Shown one piece after another: positions 12,509-19,082 of a DNA stretch of 32,000 bases. This DNA is from Idiomarina loihiensis L2TR. GTDB lineage: Bacteria; Pseudomonadota; Gammaproteobacteria; Enterobacterales; Alteromonadaceae. The notes below the pieces were generated by a model. The model did not search any database. It saw only the letters and a list, made by a program, of their open reading frames with translations, and was not told where the DNA came from. The stretch covers positions 720,001 through 752,000 of the forward strand of contig NC_006512.1 in NCBI RefSeq assembly GCF_000008465.1, written 5' to 3'. Every line of letters starts with the position of its first letter. Positions within the stretch are counted from its first letter, which is position 1. The position numbers and the translations under genes were made by a program.

Positions 12509-14143
12509 ATGGGAAAGTACCAACGTAGGGATAAAATTGCCCGATTAATAAGCTGGGGACATTGGTTTACCTTTGCCAATATCGTCCTGTGCCTGTTTAT
12601 TGGACTTTTGTATATTGAAGCGGCCCCGAAGCCCTCCACGGCTATCGGTAATCTCTACATGCTTGTCAGCTGGATAGGTCACTTTGCCTTCCTGCCGTTC
12701 GTATTCTTCATAATTCTGATATTCCCATTCTGCCTGATAGTACCTTATTCCAAAATATTACGTGGCTTTGCCGCCCTGATAGCCTCATTCGGTCTAATAG
12801 CGCTTATCGCCGATGCGCTGTTCTTTCGTCAGTACGGGTATCATTTAAATACCTATTCTATGGCGCAAATGACCCGCGATGCAGAAGCGGTTTTCACAGG
12901 GGCCAGTTTCGTTATTATTTCCGGTGTTCTGTTAGGTTTCTTATTAACTGTCGGAATACAGCTGCTGTTGGCTAACCTCGCGTGGAAACGTCTGGAAGAC
13001 TTACAACAGCGGAAAATTGGCGCCCCGGTTACAGCCATTTTCCTTTTATGCTTTTTCGTTAGTCACAGTATTCATGTTTGGGCTGACGCGGTGTTGTACG
13101 ACCCTATTACCCAACAAGACGATATGTTCCCGTTGTCCTATCCTACAACGGCTAAAACATTAATGGCTAAACACGGAGTCATTGATGTTGAAAGCTACCA
13201 GGCCAGACAACAAATGCTGATGGCTACCGATAAAATAAAACTTAAGTATCCCCAGCACCCGCTTTTATGCTCTAAAATAGACTCTCAGCAGTCAACAACT
13301 CTGATTCTATTCGAACGTAGCAGTAGCAAAATTCAGAAAGAACTGGAAACTCTGGCAGCCAAACATCAACTAGAGCGACCGGAGCTTAAACTACTGGCTC
13401 ATCCGAACCGCGACGGCGGATTATTTCAGGTGCTTTATGGCTTGCCCGACTTTTATCAGGAATCCATTGAGCGCCAGCAGTTGAAGCCCGCTTACCTTAA
13501 GCCGCTTAACGACTTTAATTTTGATGTGCGCTGGTATCACAGCGAAAACTGGAACGACTCTCTGCGTTTAAGTCAGTTTCATCCCGACTGGCAAAGCCAG
13601 GAGCTGGCAGAGTTTAGCGCTCATCCGCAAAACCAAATTAATGTCATTTTAATTGCTGAAGACGATATTTCTACTTTAGATAAAGTGCTTCAGCAAACCG
13701 GAGACCAACAACTGCTGCTCACGGCCTTGTCTCCTGCGCAAAGTGAAGAGTTATTGGGTAACAAGCAGTTTGCGCTTGAAAACATGCAGGTTCCCCTTTG
13801 GCAGCGAAATTACCAGTTGGCAGACCAACCTATAGCCGGACTTATGGATTTGGTTCCAACCATGCTTGAAGATCGTATCTCCTGCGCTGGTTCTCATAAA
13901 AATTACACCAATGGCGAAAGCTTGCAGACATCTAAGCGTCGTTGGCCGCTGGTTGAAACCTACAGTCCTTATATTGTTATTTACGACCAGAAAGAGATTA
14001 CGATTTTAGATAATAGTGGTCAGTTTAGCGTATACAGCAGCAACGATTTTGAACTGAAAAAACAGGCCGAACCGCCCGTCCCGGTGCTTATCGACGCACT
14101 GAAAGATTTAAAACGCTTTAGCGAAACTGAAAACAAGGAGTAA
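12509..14143 (+). CDS. yejM: Inner-membrane YejM/PbgA/LapC family protein (five TM segments plus a sulfatase-like periplasmic domain)
   Basis: 544 aa. The N-terminus ISWGHWFTFANIVLCLFIGLLYI matches E. coli YejM VSWGHWFALFNILLSLVIGSRYL. LSYPTTAKTLMAKHG matches LSYPMTARRFLEKHG. Followed by tRNA-Pro as in E. coli yejM-proL. Confidence 0.88.
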   Translation: MGKYQRRDKIARLISWGHWFTFANIVLCLFIGLLYIEAAPKPSTAIGNLYMLVSWIGHFAFLPFVFFIILIFPFCLIVPYSKILRGFAALIASFGLIALIADALFFRQYGYHLNTYSMAQMTRDAEAVFTGASFVIISGVLLGFLLTVGIQLLLANLAWKRLEDLQQRKIGAPVTAIFLLCFFVSHSIHVWADAVLYDPITQQDDMFPLSYPTTAKTLMAKHGVIDVESYQARQQMLMATDKIKLKYPQHPLLCSKIDSQQSTTLILFERSSSKIQKELETLAAKHQLERPELKLLAHPNRDGGLFQVLYGLPDFYQESIERQQLKPAYLKPLNDFNFDVRWYHSENWNDSLRLSQFHPDWQSQELAEFSAHPQNQINVILIAEDDISTLDKVLQQTGDQQLLLTALSPAQSEELLGNKQFALENMQVPLWQRNYQLADQPIAGLMDLVPTMLEDRISCAGSHKNYTNGESLQTSKRRWPLVETYSPYIVIYDQKEITILDNSGQFSVYSSNDFELKKQAEPPVPVLIDALKDLKRFSETENKE

Positions 14144-14188
14144 TTGTCGAAAATAGCAGCAGTCGAGCATCGGAGGGCGTGTTGAGAC

Positions 14189-14216
14189 TTGCTAATTCGG
14201 CTTAATCCAGTAACAT
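14189..14216 (+). promoter_or_regulatory. Possible tRNA-Pro promoter
   Basis: TTGCTA (14189-14194), 16-nt spacer, TAACAT (14211-14216), 14 nt upstream of the mature tRNA 5' end. Weak pattern match. Confidence 0.3.
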
Positions 14217-14229
14217 AGCAGTCCTCGGT

Positions 14230-14306
14230 CGGCGTGTGGCGCAGCTTGGTAGCGCACTGTCATGGGGTGTCAGGGGTCGGAGGTTCAAATCCTCTCACGC
14301 CGACCA
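14230..14306 (+). tRNA. proL: tRNA-Pro (anticodon GGG)
   Basis: Manual cloverleaf: acceptor CGGCGTG/CACGCCG, D stem GCGC/GCGC, anticodon stem CTGTC/GTCAG (one U-U, as in E. coli proL). Loop AT-GGG-GT, T arm GGAGG-TTCAAAT-CCTCT, encoded ACCA end. Near-identical to E. coli proL. Confidence 0.95.
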
Positions 14307-14309
14307 ATT
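14260..14309 (+). repeat. attL: 50-bp direct repeat (3' 47 nt of tRNA-Pro plus 3 nt)
   Basis: TCATGGGGTGTCAGGGGTCGGAGGTTCAAATCCTCTCACGCCGACCAATT is identical to 21178-21227. Confidence 0.95.
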
Positions 14310-14364
14310 ATTTCTTTATTTTTCAAAATCTAAGAGAAATACTCGTCCCGACACACCTTATTTC

Positions 14365-14395
14365 GGAACCTTTATGGAACCTTTGGGGAACCTAA
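14365..14395 (+). promoter_or_regulatory. Three phased direct repeats GGAACCT(T/A)(T/A): putative integrase arm-type (P'-arm) binding sites
   Basis: GGAACCTTT at 14365, GGAACCTTT at 14376 and GGAACCTAA at 14387, giving exact 11-bp spacing. They lie between the attL core and the 3' end of int. Confidence 0.55.
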
Positions 14396-14405
14396 TACAG
14401 TAGAC

Positions 14406-15557
14406 CTAAATTGCAATTTCTCCAGGTGGCACTCGCGTCCATAATTTATGGTTTTCGGTATAAACCTTTGTTGATTTAGCATCCGAATGCGCCATTCTTG
14501 CTTGAGGATCATATCCCCCATCTTTGTATGCCCTTGCTGACAATGCTCTAATTTCATGAAAACTGGGTCGTTCAATTTTTGATAACTCAGAAAATAGCCC
14601 TAGCTGGTCTCGCAATTTGCTAAACTCTCTACTAATGTACTTGCTAGCAACTTGCGTTGGATGATCACAGCCTTCCCCAACCCGCTTGGGATATCGCCCA
14701 CGACGGTGAACAATGTATGGACTCAAAAGCCGATCTCGACTCCTCTCGATAACCCTTTTTAACTCTTTTGTGATCGGGATCTCAACTCTGCTAGCCTCTT
14801 TCTCTTCTGTTTTCTGACGATGAATACGCAGATATCCGAATACCATCATGCCTTCTTCAACTACTGGTTTATCCAACCAGACGCAATCTTTGTACTGAAT
14901 TCGGCTAATTTCCAAAACAGCGTGGGTCGTCTGCATGGATAATTCCATAGCTACTTTCAGATATACCGAAGCTGCCTCGTGTATTAATTTAAATGCCTCA
15001 GCTGTTAATCGTTTTCGTCGCTTGCCTTCTTTGCGCTTTTTCTTCTTCTGATCTGCAAAGTTAAGATCCATCGCGGATTCGTCGATTAGATACGTAAACA
15101 CCTTCTGTAAAAAACTGATTTTCCGGTTATAAACGTTGTTGGATTTACCTGTGCAGTATTTTTCCAAATACTCATTGACATGTCTCAGCGTTATCGCCTT
15201 TGTATAAGTTTTTCCAAAAAGCAAAGTTAAGCGTTCACAATCTGCTTCAAATGTTTTTTGAGTGTCAGATGACATTTGCTCTTCTTCACGGACTCGACGA
15301 AGAATCTTTGGCAGCCAGTACTCTAATGGCTTATTATATCTATCAGCCCTTTCGATTAGTGAGATAGTTGGGTTCCGGTACTTTGCATTAAACAGTGAGG
15401 CAGCTTCTACGGCATCATGACGAGTCGTTTCGACTGGCAGATAGACGTCTTTACCACTCGGGTACCGATAACGCCAACGTTTTACACCACGCTTTTTAAT
15501 TTGGTTTAAACCTGTCGGAAGTCCAGCGTTCTGAGTCATTCTTCTTCGTGGGGCCAT
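14406..15557 (-). CDS. int: Tyrosine recombinase, lambda-Int-like integrase with N-terminal arm-binding domain
   Basis: 383 aa, colinear by eye with lambda Int. N-terminus: MAPRRR..LPTGL...YRYPSGKDVYL versus MGRRRS..LPPNL...YRDPRTGKEFGL. Also RLTAEAFKLIHEAAS, AMELS; RQKTEEK versus QSKTGVK; PSFHEIRALSARAY versus PTFHELRSLSARLY; AHSDAKSTKVY versus GHKSDTMASQY. The box-I Arg position reads Ala (see findings). Confidence 0.9.
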   Translation of the reverse strand: MAPRRRMTQNAGLPTGLNQIKKRGVKRWRYRYPSGKDVYLPVETTRHDAVEAASLFNAKYRNPTISLIERADRYNKPLEYWLPKILRRVREEEQMSSDTQKTFEADCERLTLLFGKTYTKAITLRHVNEYLEKYCTGKSNNVYNRKISFLQKVFTYLIDESAMDLNFADQKKKKRKEGKRRKRLTAEAFKLIHEAASVYLKVAMELSMQTTHAVLEISRIQYKDCVWLDKPVVEEGMMVFGYLRIHRQKTEEKEASRVEIPITKELKRVIERSRDRLLSPYIVHRRGRYPKRVGEGCDHPTQVASKYISREFSKLRDQLGLFSELSKIERPSFHEIRALSARAYKDGGYDPQARMAHSDAKSTKVYTENHKLWTRVPPGEIAI

Positions 15558-15772
15558 CAGATGGATCCTCCTTCCAGCAGTTTAACTAGTTGCCCAACTT
15601 TTGATTCCGGCATGCAAATGTCGACGTGAATCAGAAACCGCCCCGTTGGAGTTCTCTCGATTTCAGTATTCACTGGCATTCGCCCAGTTGCAATCCAGTT
15701 GCGTACCGTTCTGCAAGTGATTTTGCCGTTAAAAAACTCGTTTGCATACTCAGAGGGAGTATATACATTCAT
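15557..15772 (-). CDS. xis: Excisionase, lambda Xis-like
   Basis: 71 aa. YTPSEYANEFFNGKITCRTVRNWIATGRMP...TPTGRFLIH aligns by eye with lambda Xis LTLQEWNARQRRPRSLETVRRWVRECRIFP..KDGREYLFH. The C-terminus GQLVKLLEGG aligns with GGLLKRIRNG. The stop overlaps the int ATG by 1 nt (TGATG), as xis overlaps int in lambda. Confidence 0.75.
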   Translation of the reverse strand: MNVYTPSEYANEFFNGKITCRTVRNWIATGRMPVNTEIERTPTGRFLIHVDICMPESKVGQLVKLLEGGSI

Positions 15773-16034
15773 ATCGTCCCCCTTATGCCTCTGTCAGCCA
15801 CTACTTCCATGTTTACTATCATCGCTATCATCCTTTAACGCCAGCTGCTTACAGTGGATATGGTATAACAATTTTCAGAAAAATTTACCGAACCCCAAAA
15901 TTTCTTAAAATCTGACGTTAATACCCTGAATAATAATATTTTTATTTAACTCTCCTGTTAATTTGAGTCACTTTATAAGCTTCACAGTATCCCCATGAGT
16001 CTGTTTGCCAATTTGTTAAAGGTAAAAGATTTAG

Positions 16035-16077
16035 CACACTAAAACCTATCTCTGATAGGTCGCTTACGCGGTGTGTT
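16035..16077 (+). promoter_or_regulatory. Candidate oriT (nested inverted repeats plus GTGTGTT) upstream of the orf190-mob operon
   Basis: CACAC(16035-39)-taaa-ACCTATC(16044-50)-tct-GATAGGT(16054-60)-cgcttacgcg-GTGTGTT(16071-77). It lies 91 bp upstream of orf190. GTGTG/TT resembles the MOBV nick motif as I recall it from pMV158. Confidence 0.35.
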
Positions 16078-16167
16078 TGCTCCGCAAAAATTTCGTTAAA
16101 GGGAGTTTAAAAAATATTATGTGCTACGATATGAAGTATATAATTTCTTATTAAACAAGGGCTTAAA

Positions 16168-16740
16168 ATGAAAATCAAAATTTCCGATTTCGACTTAGTT
16201 GAGATGCTTGCTAATTTTGACTGTCAAAAGGTCATTGACATATTAGAGGAAAATTACTTGAGGTGCGCACAAGATCTGAAATTGATGAATTTGCATGGCA
16301 GACTTCATCATAATTGCTCATTTGAAGAGCTTCATCTCGAATGGTTGGAAAGATTTATTGAGGATATTCCGTTTAGTTACATCCAGAAAAAAGCTCCCGA
16401 ATTTCGTAAGTTTTACCAGCAAAACTTGATCGACAGTCAGCTCGAAATACTTGGTTTTAATTTGGAGCACAAATTAATAATTGGCAATGCATTACGGATC
16501 CTACGTACTGAAAAATTCGAAGATCTTCCTATTCACGAACTGGAAGATTTAGCTATAAACACAGGGCTTATATCGAGATGTAGGCGTTGCGATTTTGGAC
16601 ATTTCACCACAGATCGGTTTTTTCAAAACCTCAGTTTTGAAGGATGCTCTGCAACCCCGAACGGTATCAACTCCCCCGTTACCGGTGACTGTGTTTATTT
16701 TGTAACCAGAGGTATCAACGATGAAAGCGCAACATCGTAA
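16168..16740 (+). CDS. Hypothetical protein (190 aa), no family recognised; possibly a relaxase accessory protein
   Basis: Long ORF in an AT-rich context with a weak RBS (AAGGG). Its 3' end overlaps the relaxase start by 20 nt, which suggests co-translation. The segment EFRKFYQQNLIDSQLEILGFNLEHKLIIGNALRILR has a SAM/HhH-like helix pattern (weak, by eye). The C-terminal part contains CRRC. Confidence 0.6.
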   Translation: MKIKISDFDLVEMLANFDCQKVIDILEENYLRCAQDLKLMNLHGRLHHNCSFEELHLEWLERFIEDIPFSYIQKKAPEFRKFYQQNLIDSQLEILGFNLEHKLIIGNALRILRTEKFEDLPIHELEDLAINTGLISRCRRCDFGHFTTDRFFQNLSFEGCSATPNGINSPVTGDCVYFVTRGINDESATS

Positions 16741-17716
16741 GGCATATGTTTCGGTAAAATCGAGATATTACAAGCGTGACGCGGCTACGGCGGTTCTGGA
16801 TCACGCTAACGCACGCCGAAACGGGTTTACCAAATCGATTAATGTGCATCCTGAGTATAGCTGTGACAACGTGGGGCTGTACCCGAAAGAATGTAACAGC
16901 TCAGCAGAGGCGCTTGAGCGAGCTTGTACACAGTACAAACTCGTTACAGGTAAAAAAGTTCGTAAGGATTTCAACCTCTTATTTGAACACGTAGTGGTAC
17001 TCACAGAATCACAATATGCGAAACTTGAAAAAACTTGGGGAAAACAAAAAGCCAAGGAGCTGGTACTTAAACAGTTAGCATTATACATGCGTAAAATTAA
17101 AGCAGAATTTGGTTTTGAACCGATCGGAGTCGAATTTCATGCTGATGAAGGTCATTTTCAGCCTTCAAAAACGGGTGAGGAACCAATCTTTTGCCGAAAT
17201 ATCCATGCTCATTGCCATTTTTTTAATTATGATTTTACGAAGAAAGTTGCACCGCTTAGACATTTGATGAAAAAGCAAAAAGATGGACGCGGTAGGACTA
17301 ATCAGCTGAATCCAAATTTTGAGCGTATGCAGGATATTGCTGCTAATTTATTTTCTCCTCTCGGCTTTAATCGTGGCGAATCTAAGAATGTCACAGGAAA
17401 AGAACACCTGACGAAAGAGGCGTTCGTATTAAAAAAACTGCATGGTATGGAAGAACAAATTGCTGACTTGACGAATAAAAATCGTGCGCTCGAGGTTAAG
17501 CTTCAGGCAAAACACAAGAAATCCGAAATTCTTGACAAAAAAATCTCAGTTCAAGAAAATAAAAGCGCTTGGCTTGAAAAGCATCTCCAAAAACTTCAAA
17601 CAATGGCGAATGAGCTTGAAACCGCAATAAAAAGGCGCTGCCAGAGTGCTTTAAAGCTAATGAGCCAGCGTCTTAAAAGAAGAGCCTCCCCTTCACAATC
17701 TCTGAATCGTCACTAA
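16721..17716 (+). CDS. mob: MOBV-family (Mob_Pre / plasmid recombination enzyme-like) relaxase
   Basis: 331 aa. The N-terminus AYVSVKSRYYKRDAATAVLDHANARR resembles the MobM-type (S)YxVxRxQKxK....HNxR motif I. FEHVVVLTES resembles motif II (DEWIITS). FHADEGH...NIHAHCH resembles the HxDE..PHxH motif III but with a ~15-aa insertion. The C-terminal ~100 aa are Lys/Glu/Leu-rich coiled coil, as in Mob_Pre proteins. RBS AGAGG lies upstream. Confidence 0.7.
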   Translation: MKAQHRKAYVSVKSRYYKRDAATAVLDHANARRNGFTKSINVHPEYSCDNVGLYPKECNSSAEALERACTQYKLVTGKKVRKDFNLLFEHVVVLTESQYAKLEKTWGKQKAKELVLKQLALYMRKIKAEFGFEPIGVEFHADEGHFQPSKTGEEPIFCRNIHAHCHFFNYDFTKKVAPLRHLMKKQKDGRGRTNQLNPNFERMQDIAANLFSPLGFNRGESKNVTGKEHLTKEAFVLKKLHGMEEQIADLTNKNRALEVKLQAKHKKSEILDKKISVQENKSAWLEKHLQKLQTMANELETAIKRRCQSALKLMSQRLKRRASPSQSLNRH

Positions 17717-17836
17717 CTCATTAGACACTCAGTAATCTTATTGTGAGGAGCTATCGGCCCTTGCTTGAACATTAGCTCTAGTAAGCAGTATTCAGCTTTA
17801 CTGAATGCGGCAGGGACAAACCAAATTTTCAATATA

Positions 17837-18109
17837 TCATGAGGAAGGGTCTGTCCGGCTAACTCTCAATGCTATTAACCAAATTATTGGCGATAAAGCT
17901 ATTGATAATGCTAATGCAATTACGATGGCAGGAAACATTAAGTTTATCATTATAGATATTGGATGAACCCATTGGAATTCCCAAAAAGCATTCCAAAAGC
18001 CGTGATTCTTTATAGCCGAAAAAGATAAAAAAACAGCATATACAAGAATAGAGAGGGTGAGCGTCACTCCAAAGCATCCCGAAAATACGGTTTTAAAAGA
18101 TGGCTTCAT
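17837..18109 (-). CDS. Small hydrophobic membrane protein (90 aa, 2-3 predicted TM segments), function unknown
   Basis: Hydrophobic stretches GCFGVTLTLSILVYAVFLSFSAI and ISIMINLMFPAIVIALALSIALSPIIWLIAL. RBS AGGGT sits 7-8 nt upstream. Only 32 nt downstream of the preceding ORF, so probably co-transcribed. Confidence 0.6.
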   Translation of the reverse strand: MKPSFKTVFSGCFGVTLTLSILVYAVFLSFSAIKNHGFWNAFWEFQWVHPISIMINLMFPAIVIALALSIALSPIIWLIALRVSRTDPSS

Positions 18110-18141
18110 TTTAATACCCTGTGTTTTAAATCAAAAAGATT

Positions 18142-18585
18142 TTACTGGCAAGAATATGATTCTTCGAGAAACTTTTTTATTACAAACGCGTGGTACTCTC
18201 CAAGAGAGTCAGGGTTTTTGTTTCCCCAGGCAATGAATTTATCACTTAATAGAAGAGCGTTGTCACTCATGCAAGAAAGTGCTTCATCAAGTACAAAGTC
18301 TCTCTTTTTTCGATAAGCTTCAGAGCTAACCTCATTAAACAGTGATGGTTCTTTTTCGCTATTTATCATGTGCCACATAGCTCCGGCAATAAACCCTTCA
18401 TCGTATGCCTCCGCTCTAGTTGAATATGAAAACGCTAACCTAAGCATATAGCCCCTACAAACATTAATATCTTCTTTACAGCCGTTATGCAGCATTTTGC
18501 CTTGATATTCTAATGGTACTTCATCGGCATAGGCAATCGCAGAGACGGACATGAGGATTATTAGACTGGGTAAAATAAAGCGCAT
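18142..18585 (-). CDS. Secreted/periplasmic Cys-containing protein (147 aa from the ATG at 18585), function unknown; Rap1a/Tai-immunity-like sequence pattern
   Basis: The track ORF begins at a TTG (18615). The ATG at 18585 has AAGGA 7 nt upstream and yields a classical signal peptide, MRFILPSLIILMSVSAIAYA|DE. The mature part contains C...C.GY near the N-terminus and C(x)..F..W..KNP..L..Y.......FL...Y.C at the C-terminus. This resembles my memory of periplasmic Rap1a-family T6SS immunity proteins (low certainty). Confidence 0.65.
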   Translation of the reverse strand: MRFILPSLIILMSVSAIAYADEVPLEYQGKMLHNGCKEDINVCRGYMLRLAFSYSTRAEAYDEGFIAGAMWHMINSEKEPSLFNEVSSEAYRKKRDFVLDEALSCMSDNALLLSDKFIAWGNKNPDSLGEYHAFVIKKFLEESYSCQ

Positions 18586-19019
18586 AGTTTGATCCTTTAT
18601 GAGAAGGCCCTTCAAAAGACATTAGGTCAATGTTCTTTGGCGTGCAACAATTTGTATGCCATTATCTATGGCTATGAGGTGTCTAGAAAATCGTGGTGAT
18701 TCATATTGCTTTGCTTCAACTCCCAGATAAAACACTTAAGTCAGTAATGTCAGTTGTCAAGTAGCTCCCTAGGTCAACTAACTTTCATTTTTGGAGCCAA
18801 ATAAGAAGCTACTCCCTTTGTGATAAAAGACTAAATTAGCAAGTATCACTCTTACCTTTAAAAGCGTTTAAGCTAGTGCGAGGAAGCCACTTATTTCTTG
18901 AAGTGACTAACTTTTACGTGCTAAAGCGCAAATGCAATTGGGCAAAGAATTGTATTTCGGTTTATTGTTTTACCAGCTTAAGGCCTGTCCAGCAAATAAG
19001 CCAGTGGAAGCCCTCTTTT

Positions 19020-19071
19020 GACAACTGACAACACTGACTTTTAATGTGTAATGTCAGTGTTGTCAGTTGTC
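19020..19071. repeat. Perfect 19-bp inverted repeat with 14-nt spacer; part of a GTCAG-motif cluster (candidate origin or protein-binding site)
   Basis: GACAACTGACAACACTGAC (19020-19038) and GTCAGTGTTGTCAGTTGTC (19053-19071) are exact reverse complements. GTCAGTTGTC recurs at 18749-18758, preceded by TAAT as at 19049. No U/T tract follows on either strand. Confidence 0.8.
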
Positions 19072-19082
19072 GGTAACAGCTA

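Noticed and set aside
17859-18077. 72-aa alternative-frame ORF overlapping the 90-aa membrane protein gene
   Set aside because: It is on the same strand but in a different frame. The 90-aa frame has a better RBS and coherent TM helices.
18586-18615. TTG-initiated 10-codon extension of the secreted Cys protein
   Set aside because: The ATG at 18585 has a good AAGGA RBS and begins a canonical signal peptide, whereas the extension would bury the n-region.
19020-19071. The 19-bp palindrome as a simple rho-independent terminator of the DUF3987 gene
   Set aside because: The stem is strong, but there is no U/T tract after it on either strand (the minus strand continues AAAAGAGGG). The arm motif also recurs 300 bp away. 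I favour a protein-binding or origin role but cannot exclude terminator or RNA-processing function.
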